Shown one piece after another: positions 49,773 to 60,594 of a stretch of DNA of 64,000 bases. The position numbers and the translations under genes are program-made. The notes below the pieces were generated by a model. It did not search any database, had not been told where the DNA came from, and saw nothing but the letters and a program-made list of their open reading frames with translations. The stretch comes from an uncultured Chloroflexia bacterium (GTDB lineage: Bacteria > Chloroflexota > Limnocylindria > Limnocylindrales > CSP1-4). How positions within the stretch are numbered: position 1 is the stretch's first letter; every line of letters starts with the position of its first letter. Location: contig CAWFXA010000003.1 in assembly GCA_963819655.1 (NCBI GenBank), forward strand, positions 1 through 64,000, in the 5' to 3' direction.

Positions 49773-50507
49773 TCAGCCCACCTTGGCCAGCCGGACGATC
49801 AGGCGGTACTGGCTCTTCGACCCGACACACGTCTGCAGCGTGAGGCTCGGGCGCGGCTGCGCCGCGTACGCCCAGGCGCCCTTGTCCGGGGTCGTCACCT
49901 TCCACCACGAGACGGCGTAGGTGCCGACCTTGCCGTCCGCTCCGGCGTAGTACACCTTCATGCCCTTCTTGAGCCGACCCCGGACATACGCGTCGTGGAG
50001 CGGTTTGAACACGCTGTGGGCGTGCCCGAAGAGATAGATGTTGTTCGTGCCGGCGCAGCCCCAGCGGTACACGCGATTACCCGGGTAGAACGACGACGAA
50101 CACGCATACCGCGACACCGAACGGTCGATCCCGAGGGCCGGGATCCAGACATGGTTGCGCCCCTTGAACGATCCGACACTGGCCGTCCCGGCGGAGGTCT
50201 CTTGCTTGGAGACCGCCGTCGGCCGCGGATCGGGGACGTCCGGCTTGGGACGGCTGATCCAGTCGGTGAGCGCGGGCACCGCGCGCGACATGGAGGGCCG
50301 CGCGGCCACGGCGACGGAGGCGACCCGTTCGTGCCGATCCGCGGGCTGCGGGATCCGAGCCGGAACGGCGCGGATCGTCGGCCACCCAGGCGCGACGATC
50401 GCCTGGCGCTGCGTGCCGTAGACGGTCGCCGGAGCACTGGCCGCGAGGAGGTTGGCGACCAGCGCGAGGGCGAGCAGCGACCGGGCAGGTCGCGCGACGG
50501 TGGGCAT
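49773..50507 (-). CDS. Sortase-family protein
   Basis: Signal/anchor; WIPALGI, FGHA, LTLQTC and a downstream Arg (H-C-R triad). Confidence 0.8.
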   Translation of the reverse strand: MPTVARPARSLLALALVANLLAASAPATVYGTQRQAIVAPGWPTIRAVPARIPQPADRHERVASVAVAARPSMSRAVPALTDWISRPKPDVPDPRPTAVSKQETSAGTASVGSFKGRNHVWIPALGIDRSVSRYACSSSFYPGNRVYRWGCAGTNNIYLFGHAHSVFKPLHDAYVRGRLKKGMKVYYAGADGKVGTYAVSWWKVTTPDKGAWAYAAQPRPSLTLQTCVGSKSQYRLIVRLAKVG

Positions 50508-50587
50508 GACCGCAGCATCCCCACCGGGACCGCACCGGACCGTGGCTCGGACGTCCCATCACCGATGGGAAGGAGGACCCCCTGACC

Positions 50588-51046
50588 TTAGTCCCCGGTC
50601 CCGGCTGCCACCTCCACGGCATCGCGGATCGCAGACTCGAACCTCGGCGCCCACGGGCCCTGCCCGGCCAGGACGTAGGGGGACTGTTCGACGGCCTCGT
50701 ATGTGTCGGCGTCGGTGACGAACGACCGAGCGCAGAAGTCGACACTCGCCCGCAGCTTCTCGAAGGACGCGCGGTTGCGGAAGATGTACAGGTGGATGCG
50801 CACCCGCTCGGCCTGGTCGAGACCCTTCGCATCGAACCTGATCGCCGTCGGGATCAGCTCTCGATCGTCGCAGCCCGCGTCGCCCGACACGATGTCGTCG
50901 ATGACCACCGATCGCTTCACGATCTCGGCCGCGATGCCCTGGAAGTCGGCCGGCGTGGGCGCCGGGGGTGAGGTCGAGATCGAGCCGCATGCTGAGACCA
51001 GCAGCGCGACCGCCGCGGTCGCGGTGATCGATCGGATGGTCGGCAC
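50588..51046 (-). CDS. Lipoprotein of unknown function
   Basis: Lipobox LVSA-C; TAGCCT 7 nt before the GTG. Confidence 0.7.
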   Translation of the reverse strand: MPTIRSITATAAVALLVSACGSISTSPPAPTPADFQGIAAEIVKRSVVIDDIVSGDAGCDDRELIPTAIRFDAKGLDQAERVRIHLYIFRNRASFEKLRASVDFCARSFVTDADTYEAVEQSPYVLAGQGPWAPRFESAIRDAVEVAAGTGD

Positions 51047-51116
51047 GGGCGGCAGGCTAGCACCGGGCAGGCAAACACGCGCCCCGGGGTACGATGGCCG
51101 TCCGAGTGAGGCGCAC

Positions 51117-53426
51117 GTGACGGCTGGGAACCGAGGGCGACGAAACGCATTGGGGGCTGCCGGCCTCGCGACGGCCCTCCTGGCCGGTCTGGCCACGATC
51201 GCCCCTGCGGCTGAAACGCCGCCCCTGAGCCGGCTCGACACGCCGATGGCCGACCTCGTGGTGCTAGAACCGCTGATCCCGTCCGACACGGACTCAGCGA
51301 CCCCGATGCTGCTGGTGCTCGACGCGGCCGCTCCCGCCCCGAACCTCGCACACCTTTCCATCCTCGAGCGAACGAACGAGTGGACCCCCGCCTTCGGGGT
51401 CGACGTCGACGTCGGGCGGGACGACCTTATCGCGCGCTGGTTCGTCGGACTGAGCGCCCGACATTTTGCCCTGATCGCCACGACACCGACAGACGCCCCG
51501 GGAACGGGACACGCCGTCGTCATCGGGTTCGATGTCCGGGATCAGGTCGGTTCGCCGACGATCGTCGAGACCGCTCGAACCAGCTTCGACCACGCGATCG
51601 AGACGGCCGGCCCGGCCGACGTCGACGGCTTCGGGACGGCCGAGCTGGTCGTGGGCTCACGGCCTGTCTTCGACGCGTCTGGCTCGTGCGGGACGACGTC
51701 GCTGCGCGTGCTCGACGGCTTGACCCTGGACGTCCGCCGGTCGATCGACCTGCCCGGTCGCCTCGGCCCTGGCGTCCTCGGTGATTGGGACGACGAGCGG
51801 GGCGATGACCTGCTGGTCTACGCCTCGTCCGACTGTCCGCCCGGCGGTCCGGGGGGTGCCCGCCTGGTGGCTGTCCGACTGCGCGACGGGACCGAATGGA
51901 ACGTGACCAGTGAGGTCTCTGGACAGGACCCCGCTGCCGTCCCGCCACCGCTCCGCGTCCACCTGGAAGGCATGGCCCATGACAACGCCGTGGTCTCGCT
52001 GGCCGAAGGCATCGCGATCGTCGATGCCGTGGGAAGCGACCCGGTCGAGGTCGACATCGAACCTGGTGCTCCGCTTGTGGCCGGGCCGGACCCGGATGCC
52101 CTGGGCCCGGCGACGCGGATCGCCTGGATCGATAGTTCGGGCCTGCACACGGAGCGCGTCCGCGCTGACCCCAGCGGACTGATCGTCAGATCCGGACGGA
52201 CCGACCTGATCGCGCAGGACACGATCGACGCCGGCCGGTGGCTCCTGCTGGTGCGAGCGACCCTCGATGACATCATCGCCCATGGGTCGTCGAGTGCATG
52301 GCTCGGCGATGTCGTCGACGAAGGCTGTCCGGATCTGATCCTGCCGGGTGCCATCCTGCCGTGCGGCTCGGCCGACCTGCGGCCGGGCGCAGCATGGCTC
52401 GCGACGCGTCCGATCGCGGGCATGCCCATCGAGGGACGGCGCACCCTCCTGGTCGCCGCCGGACTCGGCTGGGATCCGGACGGGGGGCTTCCGGTGTCGC
52501 CGACCCCGTGGGCGGGTGGGCCCCCTGGCTGGTGGCGGAATGGCCCCTCGACGCCGTTCGCCGTCTCGGAGGTCCGAGCCGACAACGTCACGTATTTCCA
52601 GGATTTCCCGAGCCCGGCGGCGACGATCGAGAAGATGACGGCGGCCGATGGAACGACGCTGCTTCCCGGTTTCACCGGCACGCGGATGTTCGTCACCGTG
52701 GTGCCCCTGGCCGATGAGGAATCTGGTCCGGACGTCGCACCGAGCCGACTGGAAGGGCTCACGACCGGCGCAGGCCCGAACGGGATCGCGACGGTCGTCC
52801 GCGTGCCGATCCCGCCGGGCAGCGAGTCCGGCCGGGATGGCTCGTACGCGACGCTGGCGCTGGGAGATGTGCGTCTGCCCGGTGCCGAACGGACCACGCG
52901 CTGGGCGCTTCAGGCCGTGCCGGTCAACGACTGGGGCGAAGTCGGCTTTCCGGTCGTCCGCACGATCGTGCGTGACGCGGTCGGCCCGACACTCAACATG
53001 GAGGCGCCCTTCACGAGTCCGGTCTGGCCGTTCCAGGCGCGGCTCCCCGGACGGTCCGAACCCGGTTCGTCGGTCAGCATCGAGGGCGGCGGGGAGATCC
53101 CGGTCGATGAGCGCGGGCGGTTCACGGTCGTGACCCACCTCGCTCCGTGGCCCCAGACGATCCGGCTCACCGCGACCGACTCGACAGGCAACGCCTCGAT
53201 CGCGGAGTTCTCGATCGTCGGTGGTGTCGATTACCGGCGGTTCCCCTGGGCGCTGATCGCTGCTCTGGCGCTTCTCGGGGTCGTCGCCGCGAGGGGGCTC
53301 GCGGCAGCCGGCCGGAGCCGTTCCGGCGCGGTCGAGGCGACGCCATGGTCGACGGGGACGCTTGACGAAGGGTCGATGCCGGAGATCGAGGACCTCCCGC
53401 CGGGTAGCGGACTCGCACCTCGCTGA
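51117..53426 (+). CDS. Large surface protein with FG-GAP-like repeats, Ig-like domain and C-terminal TM anchor
   Basis: Signal peptide; DVDGFGTAELVVG, DWDDERGDDLLV and DVVDEGCPDLIL; TATDSTGN; FPWALIAALALLG. Confidence 0.7.
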   Translation: MTAGNRGRRNALGAAGLATALLAGLATIAPAAETPPLSRLDTPMADLVVLEPLIPSDTDSATPMLLVLDAAAPAPNLAHLSILERTNEWTPAFGVDVDVGRDDLIARWFVGLSARHFALIATTPTDAPGTGHAVVIGFDVRDQVGSPTIVETARTSFDHAIETAGPADVDGFGTAELVVGSRPVFDASGSCGTTSLRVLDGLTLDVRRSIDLPGRLGPGVLGDWDDERGDDLLVYASSDCPPGGPGGARLVAVRLRDGTEWNVTSEVSGQDPAAVPPPLRVHLEGMAHDNAVVSLAEGIAIVDAVGSDPVEVDIEPGAPLVAGPDPDALGPATRIAWIDSSGLHTERVRADPSGLIVRSGRTDLIAQDTIDAGRWLLLVRATLDDIIAHGSSSAWLGDVVDEGCPDLILPGAILPCGSADLRPGAAWLATRPIAGMPIEGRRTLLVAAGLGWDPDGGLPVSPTPWAGGPPGWWRNGPSTPFAVSEVRADNVTYFQDFPSPAATIEKMTAADGTTLLPGFTGTRMFVTVVPLADEESGPDVAPSRLEGLTTGAGPNGIATVVRVPIPPGSESGRDGSYATLALGDVRLPGAERTTRWALQAVPVNDWGEVGFPVVRTIVRDAVGPTLNMEAPFTSPVWPFQARLPGRSEPGSSVSIEGGGEIPVDERGRFTVVTHLAPWPQTIRLTATDSTGNASIAEFSIVGGVDYRRFPWALIAALALLGVVAARGLAAAGRSRSGAVEATPWSTGTLDEGSMPEIEDLPPGSGLAPR

Positions 53427-53445
53427 CGGAGCGCTCGCGGCGGGA

Positions 53446-56424
53446 CTAGCGCTCGCGCGCGCGCCGTTTCGCGTCGCGGAGCCGCGTCATCGTGTCGGGC
53501 GCCGCTGGCTCCGCGGCAGCTGCCGGTGGCGCCGGGGTTGCGGCGGGCTTGGCGCTCGCGTTCGCCACGGCGGGCGGGGCGGCGGGAGATGCGGCCCTTG
53601 CGACTGGTGGCGGGGTTGCCGGCGCGGGTCCCGCGGATGGCGCCGTCGCGACCGGGGCCGCGGCCGCGGGCGTCGCTTCGGGCGCGCGCAACAGCGCAGC
53701 CCGGGTCTCGGCCGAGGTCGCGCGCCCGCGCGTTGCGAGCATGCTTTCGCCCGTGGCCGTCCTCGCGGCAGTCACTCGCCGGCGTCGCGGCAGCTCGCGG
53801 ACCCAGGCCCCGGCCGCGGCGAACTCCCGTCGGCCGATGGACACCCGCCGCAGCGCGATGTCGAGCGGCCAGAGCAGCAGCGCGATCACCAGCAGCAACG
53901 GCCACAGGTCCGTCGAGCGCGACGTGGTGCGCAGGTCGTGGACCCACGGGTCGAGCGGTGTGACGACCTCGGCCCCGCCGGTCGCTGTCCGCAGGGCGGT
54001 CAGGAACGGCTCGTTCGCTCCCAGCAGCCGGTACTCGGCGGCGGTCTGTGCGACCAGGCCGACCGTCCTGCCGAGAGGGGTCGAGCCCGGTCTCGTCTGG
54101 GTGATGCGCAGGCCGTACGCGCCCGACTCGATCTCGCCGAGCGGCACCTCGTATACGCCCGGTGCGATCTGCACGAGCTTGACCTCGGTCGAGCTGAAAT
54201 CGGGGCCGACCACGACCGCCGACGTCGAGTAGAAGTCGCGCGGTGAGCCGTCCGCATCGACGCTCTCGACATGGAGCGTCGTCTGCCCGCCGCGGACGTC
54301 GAAGGCGGCCTCGATGCCGCCGGTCTCCTCGCCCGGGAACGTCCACGACACGAGCTGGCTGAAGAACCGCGAGAACCCGTCCCAAGCCAGCCAGTCACGC
54401 GCCCAGCGGCCGGTCGAGTCCGACGTCCACGCAACCGAGCGGCCCAGCCCGTACTGCCATTGCGCCAGGAGGGGATCGTCGCGCGCGGTGACCAGCACGG
54501 TCTGGGCGGCCGGCTTGGCCGTCGTTCCGTTGTAGCCGCGCAGCCGCGGCAGCCCATCCTCGAGGCCGCGCAGGATCGGCGAGGACGAGGTCAGGATCGG
54601 GAAGAACGGCTCCTCGATGATCTGCTGGCCGGAGACCTGCTGGGTCTCCTTCAGGAAGATGTCGGGGATGCTTGCTGGGTTCGCGGCATCGTAGAAGCGT
54701 CCGCCGCCCTGTTGGGCCAGACCCTGCAGGAACGGGTTGGAGCCGCCGCCCGCACCGACGGTCGAGAGCGTGATCCCGGCGGCCTTCATGCGCTCGATGA
54801 TCGCGTCGTACTGGCCGCTGCTCGACCAGCCGTCGGTCAGGAGGATGATGTGGCGGCGGGTCGCCGTCGCATCCTCGAGCGACTCGACGGCCTGCTCGAG
54901 TCCCGCGAAGATGTTGGTCTGGCCGATGGGCTGGAGGCCTGCGATCTTGCCCTGCAGGTCCTCGACGCCACCGAGCGGCTGGGTCCGCACGACCCAATGG
55001 GCCTGCTCGTTGAAGGAGACGACGCCGAGCTCGTCCCGCTCCGTCAGCGCCGCCGCGGCGCGCAGGATCGCCTCCTTGCCGATGTCGACCTTGCGGACGC
55101 CGCCCATGCCGACTCCGCCGCCGCCCTGGCCGCCGTTGAACGTGTTGCAGTGGCAGGCGTCCATCGAGCCGGACTGGTCGATCACGACGACGAGCGCCAC
55201 ATCGGGTTGCTTCTGACGATCGCGGACGCCCATATCGACCGGCAGGGACTCCTCGAGAGGGGTCTTCTGGTAGCCGCCGGCGCCGTACGAATTGGGGCCG
55301 CCGATCATGACCAGACCCCGGCCTATGTCCCGCACGTAGACCTGCAATGCCGCGAGCTGGCGGTCGGACAGCCTCGTACGGGGCACATCCACCAGTACCA
55401 CGCTGTCGTACGTCGCCAGCGCGCCGAAGTCGGTCGGCAAGGCCTCGGGGACCATGATGTCGACCTTCTGGCGCTGCGTGATCAGTGCCTCCACGAGCTC
55501 GTCGGCGACGACCTCGTCGCCGGCCAGCACGAGCGTTCGCGGCTCGCCCTTGACGATCGTGATCGAGTCAGCCCGGTCGTTCTGGCTGAAGGTGTCCTGG
55601 GCGGCTTCGACGACGACGCGGAACGTGTGCAGCCGGGCCTCTTCCGGCGTCACGTCGAACGTGACGCGGGTCACCCCTTCCTCGAGAGTCACCCGTTCCG
55701 TGGCGACGTTCTCGCCGCTCGCGAAGAGCCGCACCGTGGCCGGCTGCCGCACCGACGAGCGGATGTCCGCGGCGACCTCGATGGACTCGCCCAGGTTGGC
55801 GGTCGGTGGGGTCGTGACCCGCTCGACGAAGACCTCATCCCCGCCGCCGAGCCCGATCGTGCGTGTCTCGATGCGGATGTCGCGCGATGCGGCAAGGGCC
55901 GCCTCGGCCTGACCGCCGCCCGTGGTGTCGTTGCCGTCCGACAGCAACACGATGCGCTTCTGAGCGTCGTCGGGGAACAGCGCGGTCGCCAGGCGGAGGG
56001 CGCCCCCGATGTCGGTCGCGCCGCGGACGGGCGTCGACGCGAGCCGGTCGATCTCCGCGAGCTCGGACGGCAGCCGCTCGACGAGCGCCTCCTTGCCGAA
56101 TGCGACGATGCCTGCCAGGTCGCCTTCCGGGATCTCCGCCAGCGTCTCGCGCAGGAAGGTCAGGGACTCGTCGCGTCCCTCGGTCCCGACCGAATCGGAC
56201 ATGTCGACGACGAACACCGTCGCCAGGCGATCGACCGGCAGGACGAGCCGGAACCCGGCCAGCGCGAGGACCAGCGCCGACAGCAGGATCGTGCGAACGA
56301 GCAGTGCGACGCGGCGGCGGCCGACCCCCACCCGCCGGCGCGCGCTGAGGTACAGGCCGACGGTCAGCACCATGACCGGGATCAGCAGGAGGAGCGCGAG
56401 CGGGGCGTCGAAGCTGATGCCCAT
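53446..56424 (-). CDS. Membrane protein with two vWA domains and a GATase-like domain
   Basis: DMSDS, LLSDG, DQSGS, LLTDG and WQYGLGR motifs. Confidence 0.88.
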   Translation of the reverse strand: MGISFDAPLALLLLIPVMVLTVGLYLSARRRVGVGRRRVALLVRTILLSALVLALAGFRLVLPVDRLATVFVVDMSDSVGTEGRDESLTFLRETLAEIPEGDLAGIVAFGKEALVERLPSELAEIDRLASTPVRGATDIGGALRLATALFPDDAQKRIVLLSDGNDTTGGGQAEAALAASRDIRIETRTIGLGGGDEVFVERVTTPPTANLGESIEVAADIRSSVRQPATVRLFASGENVATERVTLEEGVTRVTFDVTPEEARLHTFRVVVEAAQDTFSQNDRADSITIVKGEPRTLVLAGDEVVADELVEALITQRQKVDIMVPEALPTDFGALATYDSVVLVDVPRTRLSDRQLAALQVYVRDIGRGLVMIGGPNSYGAGGYQKTPLEESLPVDMGVRDRQKQPDVALVVVIDQSGSMDACHCNTFNGGQGGGGVGMGGVRKVDIGKEAILRAAAALTERDELGVVSFNEQAHWVVRTQPLGGVEDLQGKIAGLQPIGQTNIFAGLEQAVESLEDATATRRHIILLTDGWSSSGQYDAIIERMKAAGITLSTVGAGGGSNPFLQGLAQQGGGRFYDAANPASIPDIFLKETQQVSGQQIIEEPFFPILTSSSPILRGLEDGLPRLRGYNGTTAKPAAQTVLVTARDDPLLAQWQYGLGRSVAWTSDSTGRWARDWLAWDGFSRFFSQLVSWTFPGEETGGIEAAFDVRGGQTTLHVESVDADGSPRDFYSTSAVVVGPDFSSTEVKLVQIAPGVYEVPLGEIESGAYGLRITQTRPGSTPLGRTVGLVAQTAAEYRLLGANEPFLTALRTATGGAEVVTPLDPWVHDLRTTSRSTDLWPLLLVIALLLWPLDIALRRVSIGRREFAAAGAWVRELPRRRRVTAARTATGESMLATRGRATSAETRAALLRAPEATPAAAAPVATAPSAGPAPATPPPVARAASPAAPPAVANASAKPAATPAPPAAAAEPAAPDTMTRLRDAKRRARER

Positions 56425-58541
56425 CAGGAGGTCGTCCCGGCGCCACGACCGAGGCGCGTCGCCAGGGAGCGGCGCACCCGGACCAGGCCATCACGGTGGT
56501 AGAGCGCCCATTCGACGCACAGCACGACGAGGATCAGCAGCACGATCGGGACCCACATCTCGTCGCGGGTCGTGGGTCGCTCGGTGACAGGGGCGGCGCC
56601 CGGCTGCCCGCTCGGACCCGGGACGGGCGAGGCGACTGCGGTCGTGCCGAGCGCTTCGATGGTCGCCGCCGTGCCCGGGGCGATCGTCGATTCGTCGACG
56701 TCGAACAGATCCACCGCGAAGCGCACGGGCGCGAATGGGTCAACGATCACCGGCGGACCCGAGGCGCCCGGCGAGGTGCTGGGCCCCACGGTCGGCGATG
56801 CGGACGGTGTCGTGCTGGGGGCTGCGCTCGTGGCCGGCGTCGCCGAGGCATCGGAGTCCACGATCGGGCTGACCGTGTAGACCCCTGGCAGGTCCGTCTC
56901 GGCGTAGGTGACCGCCGAGCCGCCGGCCGCCGTGCTGCTCGGCACGAGATCGGTCTTCGCGCCGTCGGGACGCGTCACGGTCAGACCCATCGCCCCGATC
57001 GGGATGTGCAGCTCGACGGGCGTGCCCGGATCGACCGCCTCGGTCGGTGCCGTCGACGAGCCCAACAGCTCGCCGGTCAGGTTCGCGAGGAGGATCGGGA
57101 ACGCGACTTGCAGGGGGAGGTCGGACCGCCGCGGTTCGAAGGCGAGCACCGCGGCACCGATCCCGTCGCGGTTGCCCGCATAGAGGAGCGGCGCCCCACG
57201 CGGCCCCGGCACGATCGTGCGGGCCCAGGTCGGCGTGGCGAGCTTCACGGCTTCCGAGATGTGGGTCGTCGACAGGTCGACGTAGCGAAGCACAGGCTCG
57301 TCCGGATCGAGCGTCCCGATGCCCGGGTTCGTCAGCTTGCCGGCCACGTCGCCGAGAGGACTGGTGCGCGGCGGGGCGATGGCCAGGACCGGCGTCTTCG
57401 GCAGTGTTGCCGGGAGATAGCCCTCGAAGATGACGAGGTCCCACGGCCGTCCATCGGTCCGGTCCGACTTCGGCCCGTATTCGGCCGGAGTCACCCCGAA
57501 CAGCTCGACATCTGGGAGGAACGACAGGGCGGTCTCGAGGTACGGATCACCCTCCCCGACGATGAGGACCAGGCGTGTGCGGTCAGGTGGGATGACCGCC
57601 CAGGCGCGGTCGTCGACGGCGAGCTGGTCCGGCGCGGTCGTGATCGCAGGATCCGCCGCGACCAGGCGGACCTCGACCGTACGAACGTCGCGTGGCAGGT
57701 CGTCGACGATGACGTCCGAGCGAGCCTGGGCGTCGAGACGGACGTCGCGCACCTCGATGAGCCGGTCGTCGCCCCACAACTCCAGTCGGCGCGACGCGAC
57801 ATCCAGGTCGAGGTTGGCGATGCTGACGAACACGGACCGGGTGACAGCCGATGGCGACGTGCGCACGGCCAGGGCGACGATGGCCTGGTTCTTGCGCTCC
57901 CGCCCCACGGGGAGGACCTTGATCCGGGCGGACACGCGGGCGGTCGGCTTCGTGGCCAGCGCCGCGTCCGTCGCGACCAGGACCTGGGCGTCACCCGAGC
58001 GCGCGGCGAGCTTCGAAGCCAGCTCCAGGGCGTCGCCGAGGTCGCCCCGGGTCCGCGTCACCGGGATCGATTCGATGGCCTGCCGGACGCGCGCCAGATC
58101 GCCCGACTCGTTGACCACGATGCGCGCGCTCCGGTCGGCGGCGATGACGCTGACCTTGCCGCCCGTCGGGAGGTCCTTGAGCGCCTCGATGGCGACCTGC
58201 TTGGCGGCGGTCAGCCGGTCCGGTACGACGTCGGTCGCGGCCATGCTGGCCGAGGTGTCCATGACCAGGACGATGTCGCGGGCGAGGCCGGCCGGGCGCT
58301 CGAGGAAGGGCCGCGCGGCAAGCAGCGCGAGGGCGATGACCAGCAGCAGTTGGAGGAGGAGCAGCAGGCTGCGGCGCAGCTTCTGCCACGGTGCGTTGGC
58401 CTCGACATCGGCCACGAGCCGCGACCACAACAGCGTCGACGGCACGACCGCCTCGTCCCGCCGCAGCTTGAGCAGGTACATCGCGATGACCGCCGGCACG
58501 AACAGCAGGCCGAGCAGCGCGAGAGGGGTGGTGAACGGCAT
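56424..58541 (-). CDS. BatA-N + vWA domain protein
   Basis: MYLLKLRR...VPSTLLW...ALLAARP; DTSASM; C-terminal TM-EW. Confidence 0.85.
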   Translation of the reverse strand: MPFTTPLALLGLLFVPAVIAMYLLKLRRDEAVVPSTLLWSRLVADVEANAPWQKLRRSLLLLLQLLLVIALALLAARPFLERPAGLARDIVLVMDTSASMAATDVVPDRLTAAKQVAIEALKDLPTGGKVSVIAADRSARIVVNESGDLARVRQAIESIPVTRTRGDLGDALELASKLAARSGDAQVLVATDAALATKPTARVSARIKVLPVGRERKNQAIVALAVRTSPSAVTRSVFVSIANLDLDVASRRLELWGDDRLIEVRDVRLDAQARSDVIVDDLPRDVRTVEVRLVAADPAITTAPDQLAVDDRAWAVIPPDRTRLVLIVGEGDPYLETALSFLPDVELFGVTPAEYGPKSDRTDGRPWDLVIFEGYLPATLPKTPVLAIAPPRTSPLGDVAGKLTNPGIGTLDPDEPVLRYVDLSTTHISEAVKLATPTWARTIVPGPRGAPLLYAGNRDGIGAAVLAFEPRRSDLPLQVAFPILLANLTGELLGSSTAPTEAVDPGTPVELHIPIGAMGLTVTRPDGAKTDLVPSSTAAGGSAVTYAETDLPGVYTVSPIVDSDASATPATSAAPSTTPSASPTVGPSTSPGASGPPVIVDPFAPVRFAVDLFDVDESTIAPGTAATIEALGTTAVASPVPGPSGQPGAAPVTERPTTRDEMWVPIVLLILVVLCVEWALYHRDGLVRVRRSLATRLGRGAGTTS

Positions 58542-58546
58542 CGGGC

Positions 58547-59533
58547 CTAGCCGAGGACCCGCCGCCGTCGCAGCTCGGCGAACATCAGGTCGGCGAGGTT
58601 GACGTCGGAGGCGAGGTCGACATAGCTCGCGCGTCGTCGGGCCGCGAGGTCGGCGAACGTCGCCTTCCACGCGGCCAGGCGCGCCTTGTATGCATCGATC
58701 GTGGCGAGATCCGCGGTGATGTCGACCCGCGCGTCGGTCTCCGTGTCCACGAGCCGGAGGTCGCCCTCGAGGAGCGGATCGAGCTCGTCGGGCGACAGCA
58801 CGTGGAGCACGATGAGCTCCGAACCCGTGGCGGCGAGCTCGCGGATGACCCGATCGGCCCCGGGATCGAGCAGGTCGCTGAGCAGCACGATGACGCCCCG
58901 GCCGTGGAGCTGGGCGGCGGCGTGGCGCGCCGCGGCGACCAGGTCGGTCGGACCCGTGGCGGGCTCGATCGCCGAGAGGTCCGCGAGGAGGCGGAACACG
59001 CGGCCCGAGCCGCGCAGCGACGCCCGCCGGCGGGCCATCCTGCCGGTCAACGCGCTGACGGAGACGCGATCCTCGCTGGCGAGCCCGATGTAGCCAAGCG
59101 CCGCGGCGGCTCGCTTCGCGAAGACGAGCTTGGACGGACTGCCGGTGGCCATCGACGCGGACGCATCGATGAGCAGGGTCACGGTGACGTCCTCCTCCTC
59201 GACGAAGAGCTTCACGAACAGGCGCTCGAGCCTCGCGTAGACGTTCCAATCGAGTTGGCGGAGGTCGTCACCGAGGGTGTATTCGCGGTAGTCCGCGAAT
59301 TCGACCGATTGACCGCGCTTGACGCTGCGTCGACCGCCCTTGAGACCGCCGCGGACCGGCGAGCGCATGAGGAGGAGGAGCCGCTCGAGCTGGCGCAGGA
59401 ACGCCTCGTCGAAGACGGTCGGGTCGACCTCGCTGGGCAGGAACACCTGGCGAGTCCCGGCCGTCGCCGGCGCCGATGACGACGAGCTCGCGGTCGGCGA
59501 GGCCCCGGCGTCGAGGCTCGTTCGCTCGGTCAT
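58547..59533 (-). CDS. DUF58 family protein
   Basis: EFADYREY..GDDLRQLDWN, DASASM and LSDL motifs. Confidence 0.9.
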   Translation of the reverse strand: MTERTSLDAGASPTASSSSSAPATAGTRQVFLPSEVDPTVFDEAFLRQLERLLLLMRSPVRGGLKGGRRSVKRGQSVEFADYREYTLGDDLRQLDWNVYARLERLFVKLFVEEEDVTVTLLIDASASMATGSPSKLVFAKRAAAALGYIGLASEDRVSVSALTGRMARRRASLRGSGRVFRLLADLSAIEPATGPTDLVAAARHAAAQLHGRGVIVLLSDLLDPGADRVIRELAATGSELIVLHVLSPDELDPLLEGDLRLVDTETDARVDITADLATIDAYKARLAAWKATFADLAARRRASYVDLASDVNLADLMFAELRRRRVLG

Positions 59534-59543
59534 GACCGCCCGG

Positions 59544-60557
<1,014 letters not shown>

Positions 60558-60594
60558 GAGGCCTCCGATGCGGCGTCGACGGCTGTCGACGCCT

